In this document: in pieces, positions 10,490-19,759 of the stretch
How the letters are laid out: every line of letters starts with the position of its first letter
Position numbering within the stretch: position 1 is the stretch's first letter
Source of the DNA: Myxococcota bacterium
GTDB lineage: Bacteria; Myxococcota_A; Polyangia; Polyangiales; Sandaracinaceae
Reading direction: 5' to 3'
DNA length: 42,341 nucleotides
Assembly (NCBI GenBank): GCA_036149055.1
Contig: JAYZQJ010000245.1
Span: forward strand, 1-42,341
The notes under the pieces: model-generated
What the model saw: only the letters and a program-made list of their open reading frames with translations
Databases searched by the model: none
What the model was told of the DNA's origin: nothing
Made by a program: the position numbers and the translations under genes

Positions 10490-11922
10490 CAGGCTGCCCC
10501 TTGATCCGTAGCCGGTGGCTCATCCATCTCGGCGCGCAGGATCGCGGCCTGCGTGTCGAGCGCGTCCGCTTGGGCGTGCAGTCCGTGCGACCGGCAGAAC
10601 TCGGCGAGCTCCGCCGCCACGTCGGCGGCCGTCGACGCGCGACGTTCGTCCGCGGGCGAGTTCTCGGCGATCCCCAGCGCCGTCCGCCACGCCGTGGTGG
10701 CCTCCTCCACCCGCCCCTCTTGCGCGAGGATCTGGCCCGCCGTGCGATAGGCCTCGATGCCCAGAACGTTCTGCCCGGTCTGGTAGGCCATGCTGCCGGC
10801 GAGCTCGTAGGAGTCGGCGGCGTCGAGCCGGCGCTTGGCCAGCAGCCGGCTCGATCCAATCGCGAGCTGGCACTGCGCGGCGAGGTCGTTGTGTCCGTAC
10901 TCCTGCGCGAGCTCGCTGCCCCGATGGTAGACGCCCTCGGCGACCTCGTTCTGGCCGACCTGAAGGTGATAGCTCCCAAGCACGAGCTGCATGAGGATGG
11001 CTTCGCGCTCGAGCCCCAACTCCACTGCCGTGTCGCGCGCGGACCGTTGCCGGGCGATCGCTGCCTCGTGGTCCCCCCTCTGCGCGGCATCCGCGGCCTG
11101 GAACACTGCCAGCTTCATCGCCTGCACTCGGTCCTGATCCGCCAGTCCCGACGGCAACTCGGCGTCGAAGTAGGCCCGCGCGGTCTCCTCCGGCGCCTGC
11201 TCCGGCGGCGCGTTCCAACGACGCGGTGGGGCGACGGATGGGCCAGCCATTCCCGCAAGTCTCGGGCCGTCGGCGCCCGAGGGCGCGCTCGCGATGCCCT
11301 GGAGAATCTGGCTGGCGTTAGCTCTCGCGGCTGCCGCGTCGACGCGCGCATCCACTCCCTCGGCCAGCGCACCCAGCTCGTCTAAGACAGGCATGAGCGC
11401 CTCCGTGTCGGACTCGACGACGATGAAGCGGGCGCTCGCAAGCTCCGAGCGTTGAACCAACGCGCGCATCGAACCTCTCCAACTCTCGGCGTCTCTGACC
11501 CAAACGGGGGCGAGAACGAGCGTGAGCCCGGCGTCGGCAAACGGTTCAGTCGGCAGCAGCTGCATCGCTCGCGACAAAGCAGCGCCGAAGCCCGCGAGCC
11601 CGTGCTCCGGATGGGTGACGGGGAGCTCCGGCATCGAGATGGGAGGCTCGACCCCGGCGTAAAGCTCGGTCCAGTCGAGCCAATCGTCGCGGAGCTCCGA
11701 TTGCCGCAGTGTCCAGCCGTCGTCGTCCTCCTCGACGGGCGCCTCGAGGATGGCGAAGGGCTGCTCGTTGTTGCTGCTGTGCTCAAGTGCGGCGATCTGC
11801 TCGAGGACGGCGAGCCTCAGGCTCGTGTCCGTGCGGATGTAGAGAAGTCGAATCTCCTTGGCGACGAGGAACCACTGCGTCGCCTCGGCGACACGCTCGA
11901 TCGGTTGGCGTAGGGCGTCCAT
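10489..11922 (-). CDS. Uncharacterised protein with C-terminal TPR-like helical repeats, between vgrG and rhs
   Basis: 477 aa; translationally coupled to rhs (TGATG at 10487-10491); Ala-rich amphipathic repeats (AAQCQLAIGSSRL, GIEAYRTAGQILAQEGRVEEATTAWRTAL). Confidence 0.8.
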   Translation of the reverse strand: MDALRQPIERVAEATQWFLVAKEIRLLYIRTDTSLRLAVLEQIAALEHSSNNEQPFAILEAPVEEDDDGWTLRQSELRDDWLDWTELYAGVEPPISMPELPVTHPEHGLAGFGAALSRAMQLLPTEPFADAGLTLVLAPVWVRDAESWRGSMRALVQRSELASARFIVVESDTEALMPVLDELGALAEGVDARVDAAAARANASQILQGIASAPSGADGPRLAGMAGPSVAPPRRWNAPPEQAPEETARAYFDAELPSGLADQDRVQAMKLAVFQAADAAQRGDHEAAIARQRSARDTAVELGLEREAILMQLVLGSYHLQVGQNEVAEGVYHRGSELAQEYGHNDLAAQCQLAIGSSRLLAKRRLDAADSYELAGSMAYQTGQNVLGIEAYRTAGQILAQEGRVEEATTAWRTALGIAENSPADERRASTAADVAAELAEFCRSHGLHAQADALDTQAAILRAEMDEPPATDQGAA

Positions 11923-11929
11923 GGCGACC

Positions 11930-14665
11930 TCAGTTGATCTTCACGACCGAGCCGGAGACGTTGACCATGCTCTGCCCCGACACGTTCACCGTGGGCCCGG
12001 CGACATCGACTCCCGACGCTGCCGCCTCGACGCTGCCGCCCGCCCCCGCCAGGGTCGCCGTCGGTGCCGTGACCTCCGCTGTCTGCCGTCCAGCGACCTG
12101 CGCGTTGTCGCCGCTCATGTTGGCGTCGGCGTTGAGCTCGACTACCGCCGCCTTGCTGGAGGTCATCAGGGCGCTCACGTCCAGCAGCACTCGACTCCCG
12201 GCGATCGACTTCAGGTCGGCGTCGCTCGTGAGCTTCAGCTCCGCCCCCGTGCTGGCCGTAGTTCGGGCGTCGGCGTCGAGCAGCTGCTCGGTTCCCGCAT
12301 TCGACGTGGTCTTGGCGTTGGCGTCGAGCACGATCTCCGCCCCCTGACCAGCGTGGAATGTGATCTTGCCTGGCTCCATGCGGATCTTGCTCTCACCGCA
12401 GTTGAGCTCGATGTAGGTGGGCGCGGTGACCTTGATCCAGTCGGAGACGTCGACCTGATAGTCTCCGGTGATATCCAGCTTCGAGCCCGTGATCCCGTCG
12501 TTGGCCTCGGAGCCCTCGATCTTGAACGACTGGCTGCCGGTGACAGTGACCGTCCGGTTCTTGTCGACCGTCATGGTCTGCTCACCGTGGATCGTCTCGG
12601 TCTGATCCACGTCGACCGTATTGGTCTGGTTGGCTTTGACGTGCGTCGAGTGGTTGTTCTCGACCTCCTCGTTGTAGTCCTTCTGCGCGTGCACGTAGAT
12701 GAACTCGTTGCCCGCCTCGTCCTCGAACCGCATCTCGTTGAAGCCCTCGCTGTTGGGCGAGGACTTCGTGCGGATGAGGCTCTGGGTCTTCTTTGCGTCC
12801 AGCTCGACGCCGGCCCGGTTGGTCCCGTGGTAGACGCAGCCGGTGACGATGGGTCGGTCCGGGTTGCCGCCGAGGAAGCTGACGACCACCTCCATGTCGA
12901 CGCGCGGCAGGAAGAAGGTGCCGAAGCCCGGACCCGCCCAGTTGTGGGAGACGCGGATCCAGCAGCTCGAGTCGTTCTCGCGGGGCGCGTGGTCGCGATC
13001 CCAGTGGAACCGGACCTTCACTCGGCCGTGCTCGTCGGTGTGGATCTCCGATCCGTCCGGCCCCACCACGATGGCCGTCTCGGGACCGTGAGCGACCGGG
13101 CGCGGCGTCCGGTGCGGGGGCCGGTAGGGGACCGCCGTCGGGACGACCTCCATAGAGCTCGTCCACGTACCCGAGACTCCTTCCGTGGCGCTCCCGTGTG
13201 AGGTCATCGACACGATCAAGTACCGTGCGTCGAAGTCACCCGGACTGCCGACCACCGCGAGCGTCCGACCGGGGTGAGCCGAGACGACGTTGGCGTCCAT
13301 TGACCAGTGTTTACGGTCGAGGTCCAACCGCTCGGCGCGCAGCTGTGCCTGGATCCGGGCCGTGTTCCCTTTGTACTGCTCGTCGCGGTAGTCGTGGACG
13401 ATGAGCGCGTCGGTGTGGTCGTAGATCTCCGTAGCGGGTTCGGCGTCGCCCCGCCCGGTCTGCTCTCCAACCACGTCCAGAGCAGGGTTGGTCCAATCCC
13501 ATCCACGCAGAACGACGTCCGTGGCGCCCACGACTTCGTCGCGGTTGACCTGCGTGACGCTCTCGCCGTCCGGGGCCTGTCGGGAATCGGGGTGGTAGGG
13601 AGCCTCACCGCCATCGCTGGACCGCGCCTGGGCGAGGCCGGCGACGGTGTCGGCCAGCACGAGGACTTCCTTGTCACCTTCGTAGTCGAAGAACCAGAAG
13701 ATCCCCTCTTCCTCCGCCAGTCGCGACAGGAACGATAGGTTGCTCTCTTGGTACTGGACGTTGTACTCGCGCTTCTCGTAGGTGCGCTGCAGATTCGACT
13801 CGTCGACCGAGCGTTGGAGCGGTCCGAGCATTCCCTTGTATGTCTCGATCATCGCCTCCACCACCGTAAGGTTCTGGTGGATGCGGTTGTTCACCCTGTG
13901 CGCGAGGTAGGTCGCCGCCGGCGCCAGCTGAAACGTGACTTCGGAGTCCTCGTCCCCTTCTAGAATCCGGGCGTGGAAGACGATCCCCTTGAACTCGCGT
14001 AGCTGCTCGCCGCGCTCGACGGTCAGCTTGGCTTCTGCCAACAGCAAATCGCTGCGCTCGGGATGCCCCTCGTAGCGAGCGCGGATCTGGGCGCTGGGGA
14101 TGGAGTTGAGAGACTCCCGCAGGGACACCGAAGTCACGCCCCACTGCCCGTCGAGCCCGGCGACTTCGAGGTGAAACTCGACCGGGTTACGCCCCGCGCC
14201 ACCTCCGAGTGGACCGCCGGCTCGACCGAGAGACTCGCCGCCTTGCTGGACCGCTTGAGTCGCGGAATCGACCCCCTCCAGCGCCTCTCGAGCTTCGCCC
14301 TCAGGCACGATGTAGCGAGCGACATCCCCAGCTGACCCGAGCGCCCCCGCGACGCTGCCGATGTCACCAGACTGGGCGGCACCCACGAGGCTCCGGCCGG
14401 TGTTCACGACCGATGACGCGGTGGCGGCGACGGTCGAGACCGAGCTGACCGCATCCCGCGCGTCCGACTCGGTGTCGCCGAGGCCGCCGCCCGCGAGCTC
14501 GCCCGCGGTGCCGAGGGCTCCCAGCCCGCTCCCGACCGCGCCAGCTACATCACCCTCGGCCGCCTTGGAGATGGTCTCGCCGAGCTCGCCGACGCCCTCC
14601 GCGACGTCGCCGACGGTCTCCACGATCTCATCTCCACTCTCAGACTCGTCATGCTCGTTGCTCAT
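11930..14665 (-). CDS. vgrG: Type VI secretion spike protein VgrG with N-terminal low-complexity extension
   Basis: REYNVQYQESNLSFLSRLAEEEGIFWFF, GPETAIVVGP, IHTDEHGRVKVRFHWDR, SSCWIRVS, FLPRVDMEVVVSFLGGNPDRPIVTGCVY, FNEMRFED, HAQKD, and a beta-helix C-terminus. Confidence 0.95.
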   Translation of the reverse strand: MSNEHDESESGDEIVETVGDVAEGVGELGETISKAAEGDVAGAVGSGLGALGTAGELAGGGLGDTESDARDAVSSVSTVAATASSVVNTGRSLVGAAQSGDIGSVAGALGSAGDVARYIVPEGEAREALEGVDSATQAVQQGGESLGRAGGPLGGGAGRNPVEFHLEVAGLDGQWGVTSVSLRESLNSIPSAQIRARYEGHPERSDLLLAEAKLTVERGEQLREFKGIVFHARILEGDEDSEVTFQLAPAATYLAHRVNNRIHQNLTVVEAMIETYKGMLGPLQRSVDESNLQRTYEKREYNVQYQESNLSFLSRLAEEEGIFWFFDYEGDKEVLVLADTVAGLAQARSSDGGEAPYHPDSRQAPDGESVTQVNRDEVVGATDVVLRGWDWTNPALDVVGEQTGRGDAEPATEIYDHTDALIVHDYRDEQYKGNTARIQAQLRAERLDLDRKHWSMDANVVSAHPGRTLAVVGSPGDFDARYLIVSMTSHGSATEGVSGTWTSSMEVVPTAVPYRPPHRTPRPVAHGPETAIVVGPDGSEIHTDEHGRVKVRFHWDRDHAPRENDSSCWIRVSHNWAGPGFGTFFLPRVDMEVVVSFLGGNPDRPIVTGCVYHGTNRAGVELDAKKTQSLIRTKSSPNSEGFNEMRFEDEAGNEFIYVHAQKDYNEEVENNHSTHVKANQTNTVDVDQTETIHGEQTMTVDKNRTVTVTGSQSFKIEGSEANDGITGSKLDITGDYQVDVSDWIKVTAPTYIELNCGESKIRMEPGKITFHAGQGAEIVLDANAKTTSNAGTEQLLDADARTTASTGAELKLTSDADLKSIAGSRVLLDVSALMTSSKAAVVELNADANMSGDNAQVAGRQTAEVTAPTATLAGAGGSVEAAASGVDVAGPTVNVSGQSMVNVSGSVVKIN

Positions 14666-14998
14666 GGAGATCCCCGTCCTCGGTCAGAGGCCATCGTGTC
14701 TCTGCCGCTCCCGCGTCAGCGAGCGGCCGGCGACTTTCCGTTGCGCAAGAAGGATCGCCGGGCGCGGAGGATACAGGATGCGTCGGTCGCGTCGGCGAGT
14801 TGTTTTTCGGACGTCGTCTTGGCGAATCTCGTGGCGCCCCCTTTCCGCAGAGCGAGTCTCGAGCTGGCCCGAGCGCGGTGGGTCGAAGCAAGTCGAGGTC
14901 CGGTGTGCAGCGACATCGTCCGAGGCTGGCCCCGCCTCAGCGGAACACCGACTCGCTCGCTCCAAGGCCCGATATCGCGCTATACGATCCCGACGCGG

Positions 14999-15772
14999 AT
15001 GACTACACACCTGCACATCGCCTCCGGCCGCGCCACCTCCCTCGTATTCGACGAAGCGCTGATCGAAGAGGCCCGCACCCACGCCGCAGAATCGAGCGGC
15101 GGGCGCGCCGAGGAGGCGAGCAACCGCGAACAACTACTGGAGATCCTGGGCCGCCATCTCCGGGACGGCGCACAGCTCCGGTACCTGGACTTCCACACCC
15201 ACGGGGGACCGGGGCGGCTTGACATCGGCGCTTACCCTTTCTCGGATTGGGAGGAGCTAGCGCAGTTCTCGGGCCTCATGGCGGGCGGCGCGAGGATCGA
15301 GTTTCACGGCTGCGCTGTCGCAGACACTCCACGAGGTGAGCTGTTCCTGGCGAGGTGCGCGTGGTTCATGCTTCGCGCTCGCGGCGGGCTAGCCAGGGGG
15401 TGGACCGAAGTGAGTCTCGCAACGCACGCTGTGGTCGGCGACATGCTCGGAACGGTTCCCTGGCACATGGGCCACGAAGTGCGCGCACGCGTGTCACCGG
15501 GAGGCCACGTCAGGCTCGAGGGAGAGCGCTATCTGAACGTCGAGAGCGCGTCCCGCGCGCTGGCCGCACTTCGGCGCGACGCCAGGCGAGCGCTCGGCCG
15601 CGGGGAGACTCGGCGCCACGCCACGACCGTGCTCGAGCAGACGGCTTCTCTCGAGGGAACCCTACGCGGCTCTCCATCGTTCACGGCACTCCACCGCGTA
15701 TGGGACAGAGTTCAGATGTTCCGCGCCTTCGTTCCCGCTCGGACGGTCCCGGGGCAGCTTCCGCGGCGCTGA
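14999..15772 (+). CDS. Putative caspase-fold (DUF4347/peptidase C80-like) protein
   Basis: LDFHTHGGPGRL and IEFHGCAVA give the HG...GC dyad spacing of this fold. Start taken at ATG 14999 rather than 14651, which would overlap vgrG. Confidence 0.6.
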   Translation: MTTHLHIASGRATSLVFDEALIEEARTHAAESSGGRAEEASNREQLLEILGRHLRDGAQLRYLDFHTHGGPGRLDIGAYPFSDWEELAQFSGLMAGGARIEFHGCAVADTPRGELFLARCAWFMLRARGGLARGWTEVSLATHAVVGDMLGTVPWHMGHEVRARVSPGGHVRLEGERYLNVESASRALAALRRDARRALGRGETRRHATTVLEQTASLEGTLRGSPSFTALHRVWDRVQMFRAFVPARTVPGQLPRR

Positions 15773-15773
15773 T

Positions 15774-16151
15774 CTAGTGTCTCGCGTCGTCGGCCTTGCC
15801 TGTGAGATCGTCGTCGGTGCCGAACTCGCCGTCGAAACCGGCGCTGGTCGCGAGCGCATACCCTTCGCCACACTCCAGCCGGAAGCGGCGACCAGCGATG
15901 TCGCTGGTCGACTCGACCGTGAACCACTCCTCGGCCACCAGCTCATCGAGGTCGGGGCAGCGCCCCGTTTGGTTCCGAATCGTGTGGGCGATGACTGCAA
16001 CTCGATGGGCGCTCTGCCGAACTTCCCATGTCTCCTCGCCCGACCACCCGTCAGTGGGGTCGGCGCGGTAGCAAGCCGCCGTCCCCAACGCGAAGGCTAC
16101 GAGCGCGGACAGATAGCCCCCAGCCCTCCGTCGTCTGAGCCGCCCGTGCAC
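15774..16151 (-). CDS. Small lipoprotein with GspG/pseudopilin-like C-terminal motif
   Basis: Lipobox-like LVAFALGTAAC; C-terminal DIAGRRFRLEC...SAGFDGEFGTDDDL resembles the T2SS-G DxWG...SxGxDGxxGTxDD motif. Start uncertain. Confidence 0.55.
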   Translation of the reverse strand: MHGRLRRRRAGGYLSALVAFALGTAACYRADPTDGWSGEETWEVRQSAHRVAVIAHTIRNQTGRCPDLDELVAEEWFTVESTSDIAGRRFRLECGEGYALATSAGFDGEFGTDDDLTGKADDARH

Positions 16152-16211
16152 GCGTAGAGAATACGCGGCGCAGGCGAAACGTCCACGCCACGTGTTCCGT
16201 TCGGTATCGCG

Positions 16212-16294
16212 GGCACGCCTCCCCTCGAGGGCCACCAGGACGCGTCCACGCCTACCGGCACCGCGCGCAGCGCCGCTTGCCGAAGAGGTTCATG
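16212..16294 (-). repeat. Deleted remnant of the 5' part of the 1187..1918 gene
   Basis: 16258-16294 is identical to 1883-1919 (37 bp) and 16212-16259 closely matches 1623-1670; the two are fused across a ~210-bp deletion. Confidence 0.9.
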
Positions 16295-17309
16295 GCTTCC
16301 TCGACGGCGCGGCGCGGTACGCGGTGGGCGTCGTCTCGTGCCAGCGGCGGAAGGCGCGGTGGAACGAGGCCTGCTCCGTGTAGCCGAGCAGGTACGCGAT
16401 CTCGCTCAGCGACAGCTCGGGGCGGGCGAGGTAGCGCTCGGCCAGGTCGCGGCGGGTGGTGTCGAGCACCTCGGCGAAGGTGACGCCGTGGCGCGCGAGG
16501 CGGCGCTGGAGGGTGCGCTGCCCGAGGCCGAGCTGCTTGGCGATGCCGCCCGCGGTCACCGTTCCCTGCACGAGCTCGCCCTGGATGGCTTCGCGGACCT
16601 CCCGCAGGAGCGGCGCCTCGTCTTCTTCGCCGGGCGCCGCGCGCTCGAGCACGCCGCGGAGGTAGTCGGCGAGCTCCGGGTCGGCGCTGGTGATCGGCGC
16701 GGCCAGGATCGAGGCGTCGAGCACGAGGGTGGCGGCGTCCGCGCCGAGCTCGATCGGCGCGCCGACGAGCGGCTCGAAGCGCGCCCGCTCGAGGTCCGAC
16801 ATCGCGTCGCGCCGGCTGTGCATGCGCAGCACCTTCGGCGAGCCGCCGCCCAGACGCAGCAGCCGCACGGCGATGAACATCGTGTAGTCCGAGACGAGTC
16901 GGCTCCCGAGGCAGGTCGCGCCGAAGCGGTCCTCGCGGATGGTCAGCGCGTCTCCGTCGATCGAGGTGTCGTAGCGCGCGGTCCGGTTGGTGAGGTGCTG
17001 GTAGCGCTGGTGGCAGACGAGCGCTGCGCCGACCGTGGGGGCGGTCTTGCAGGCCAGCCCCACCACCCCGAGGCTCGAGAGCGTGTGCAGCTCGGTCGCC
17101 GCGACGATGAAGTCGGCGAAGCCGGTGCGCCCGTACATCAGCTCCATGTGCCGGTAGGTCGACGTGCCGCTCACCGTGGCGCCGTCGGTCTCGAGCGCCT
17201 CCCGCCGCCAGCCCAGCTCCTCCGCCAGCTCGGCCTCGGTCGCGCCGAAGCGCAGCGAGGCCTCGAACGCCGGCCGGACGTTGGAGACGTCGATGTCACG
17301 TTCGGACAA
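16290..17309 (-). CDS. AraC-family transcriptional regulator
   Basis: C-terminal IAKQLGLGQRTLQRRL...LSLSEIAYLLGYTEQASFHRAFRRWHETTP; N-terminal SLGVVGLAC ligand-domain motif. Start uncertain (TTG 17309 or ATG 17366). Confidence 0.92.
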   Translation of the reverse strand: MSERDIDVSNVRPAFEASLRFGATEAELAEELGWRREALETDGATVSGTSTYRHMELMYGRTGFADFIVAATELHTLSSLGVVGLACKTAPTVGAALVCHQRYQHLTNRTARYDTSIDGDALTIREDRFGATCLGSRLVSDYTMFIAVRLLRLGGGSPKVLRMHSRRDAMSDLERARFEPLVGAPIELGADAATLVLDASILAAPITSADPELADYLRGVLERAAPGEEDEAPLLREVREAIQGELVQGTVTAGGIAKQLGLGQRTLQRRLARHGVTFAEVLDTTRRDLAERYLARPELSLSEIAYLLGYTEQASFHRAFRRWHETTPTAYRAAPSRKP

Positions 17310-17364
17310 GGGAATGTCAGGCTCGGCCACTGAGCGCGGCCCGGTCAAGTCGCAGAGTCTCCCC

Positions 17365-17835
17365 ATGACGATTCGACGACCTCACCTCGCCCCCCGCGAG
17401 CTCTCGCTGTTCCGAGCGCTCTTCGTGACCGCCGCGCTCTGGAACCTGGCCGGCGGGATCATCGGCTACCTGAACCCCGCCCTCGCCTTCGAGCTGCTCT
17501 TCGACCGCGCGCTCACCGACCCGCTCTACACGGCCATCTACCGCGGCGCCTGCGGCACGACCCTCGTCTACTTCATCGGCTACCTCGTCGTCGCCTACGA
17601 CCCGGTGAAGCACACGGGCATCGTGCTCGTCGGCGGGATCGGCAAGATCGGCTTCGCCCTCAACCTCCTCCAGCTCCACCTGGCCGGGATCGCGAACGCG
17701 AGCGCCTACGTCGTCATCGTCGGGGACGCCTTCTTCTTCGCGCTCTTCCTCTACTACTTCGCGCGGCTGTTCCTCACGAGGCAGCGCCCCCTCGGAGAGG
17801 GACGAGGCGGGGCGGCTCACCCCTCGAGCGCGTAA
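17365..17835 (+). CDS. Small integral membrane protein (about 4 TM), likely AraC target
   Basis: Hydrophobic segments, GGIGK motif, divergent from araC, host-like codon usage. Confidence 0.8.
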   Translation: MTIRRPHLAPRELSLFRALFVTAALWNLAGGIIGYLNPALAFELLFDRALTDPLYTAIYRGACGTTLVYFIGYLVVAYDPVKHTGIVLVGGIGKIGFALNLLQLHLAGIANASAYVVIVGDAFFFALFLYYFARLFLTRQRPLGEGRGGAAHPSSA

Positions 17836-18530
17836 GCCTCGCGCAGCGCCGCGGTCTCGAGGGCCAGGCGCCGCTCCTCCGGGTCGCGGCAGAGCTCCGC
17901 GGCGGCGCGCGTGCGGAGCGCCGCGAGGCGCAGGTTGCCGAGCGCCTCCTCGATGTCCGCGAGCGTGAGCAGCTCGTCGCGCACCAGGTCTGGGCCCACG
18001 AAGTCCGTCACCTGCGAGAGCAGATCGCAGACCTCCCTGCGCAGCGCGGCCTCCTCCGCCCTCGTCCCCTCGCGGGATGCGTACCGCGCCCTCGCCGACA
18101 GCTCGAAGGTGCGACTCGCGGTGTCGAGCGGCTCGGGAATGGAGAGCGGCGCGTCGGCGAGCCAGCCGACGAGTGCCCGCTCCCACGAGACCCAGGCCGC
18201 GCGCCATCGGGTCTCGTGCCCCGCGAGAAACTCGAGGGACGCGCGCGGCGCCGCCCCCGCCGCGGCGCTCACGACGTCCTGCGCCAGCTCCCGCACGAGT
18301 CGCGACAGCAGCCGGCGAACGCTCTCCTCCTCGAGCTCCGCGTCCGCGAAGTCAACGTCGTACAGCCCGGACTCCAGGCGCCGCGTGAAGGACGCCTCCA
18401 GGACCCTCCCCTCCGGGGTCGTGCGCGCCCCCGAGCGGGACAGCGCGGCCCGCCACTCCTCGAGATGCAGCTCCGCCGAGGCGTTGGACATCCAGACGCG
18501 CTCGTCGCCCTTGCGGAAACAAGAGGACAC
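17817..18530 (-). CDS. Hypothetical protein
   Basis: 237-aa ORF with host-like GC3; start 18530 or 18491. Confidence 0.65.
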   Translation of the reverse strand: MSSCFRKGDERVWMSNASAELHLEEWRAALSRSGARTTPEGRVLEASFTRRLESGLYDVDFADAELEEESVRRLLSRLVRELAQDVVSAAAGAAPRASLEFLAGHETRWRAAWVSWERALVGWLADAPLSIPEPLDTASRTFELSARARYASREGTRAEEAALRREVCDLLSQVTDFVGPDLVRDELLTLADIEEALGNLRLAALRTRAAAELCRDPEERRLALETAALREAYALEG

Positions 18531-18631
18531 GGCGCGAGCCTACACCCGGCCTCGTGTGCAGGGCTCGTCGCGTCGGGAGCGTTCCTTCCTGGGGAGGCTC
18601 GGTGGGGAGACGCGAGAGCCGCGCCTGACGT

Positions 18632-19459
18632 TCAGTCGCCGATGCCGGCGCGCGGGACCTCGAACGCGGCGTTGTGCACGTAGGTGGGCCCGCTGCTCGA
18701 CACGTTCGCGCCGCCGTCGATGACGTGGACCGTGGACACGTCGACCGAGACGGTCGTGAAGGCGACGAAGCGCGCGCCGCGCGGGAGCTGCCCCCAGCCG
18801 ACGGCGCGGTAGCCCGCCCAGTCCTCGACGGTCGGATGGAGCGGGTCACCGCCGGAGGCGCCGGCGCCGAACTCGGTGACCGTGTTCGAGAAGACGAGGT
18901 CTGCCATGTAGTGGGTGCTCTGGTAGGTGCTCGGGCCCAGCATCCGGTTCGTCCCGGTCAGGTCCATCGCGAGGCGCCAGCGCAGCTCGACGACCTCCTC
19001 GGTCGAGCCCTCCGGCGGGCAGTAGACGTCGACTCGGACGTCGGTGGGCACGAGCTCGCAGCGGAGCTCACGCGTGCTCTCGACCCACGCCGGCAGGCCC
19101 GCCTCGCAGCGCTCGCGGGTCGCGGCGTCGTCGAAGGCGAGCGACTGGCAGAGCGTCCAGTCGCTCAGGCCGCGCCCGTCGAGCTCGGCCTCGACACAGC
19201 GCGACTCGTCGAGGCAATCGGGGTCCTCGCAGCCCGCGCGGCCGTCCCCGTCCTCATCGAGCTCGGTCGAGCAGTCCTCGACCGGCCGCGCCGCGTCAGG
19301 CGCACGTGCGTCCACGCCGCCTCCGCTGTCCGTCGGCGCGACGGAGCTGTCGGTGATGGACGCGTCACCCTGGCGCGCGACGGACGCATCGGTCCCTGGA
19401 CGCACCTCGTCGTCGCTGCACGCGACGAGGAGGAGCGCGACGAGAATCGTCTCCCTCAT
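18632..19459 (-). CDS. Lipoprotein with myxobacterial Cys/Asp motif
   Basis: Signal and lipobox LLLVAC; EDCSTELDEDGDGRAGCEDPDC motif. Confidence 0.8.
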   Translation of the reverse strand: MRETILVALLLVACSDDEVRPGTDASVARQGDASITDSSVAPTDSGGGVDARAPDAARPVEDCSTELDEDGDGRAGCEDPDCLDESRCVEAELDGRGLSDWTLCQSLAFDDAATRERCEAGLPAWVESTRELRCELVPTDVRVDVYCPPEGSTEEVVELRWRLAMDLTGTNRMLGPSTYQSTHYMADLVFSNTVTEFGAGASGGDPLHPTVEDWAGYRAVGWGQLPRGARFVAFTTVSVDVSTVHVIDGGANVSSSGPTYVHNAAFEVPRAGIGD

Positions 19460-19516
19460 GGCCGGTGGGTTGAGCGCCGGCGTGGAACATTCACCGGCGC
19501 GCGGAGACGGGCGCGC

Positions 19517-19640
19517 TCAGGCGCGGACGAGCGCGGCGTGGATCGCGTGGATGCGGTCGAACGACGGGACGCGCGCCGGCCCGGTGACCTGGCGATAGGC
19601 CATGCGCATCTGCAAGGCGCAGCGCTCGGGGGCCATGCCG
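19517..19640 (-). repeat. 3'-end gene remnant, repeated in diverged form at about 21140-21206
   Basis: Reads MAPERCALQMRMAYRQVTGPARVPSFDRIHAIHAALVRA* in host-like codons. Shares the core GGTGACCTGGCGATA.GCCA and a flanking CCATGCC with 21140-21206, which carries an ~11-nt deletion. Confidence 0.6.
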
Positions 19641-19759
19641 CCCCTCGCTTCAGCACGCCCCGAGAGACTCCGGGGGGGTACGAGTCGAAGCACGTGCCGA
19701 AGCTGGGCTTGAGCCTTGACGCGCTAGCCCGACAGACGTGACAGTAGAGCGGGGGAAAC

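Noticed and set aside
14735..14765. Sigma54 promoter for vgrG
   Set aside because: The GG...GC spacing on the minus strand is 11 nt rather than the required 10.
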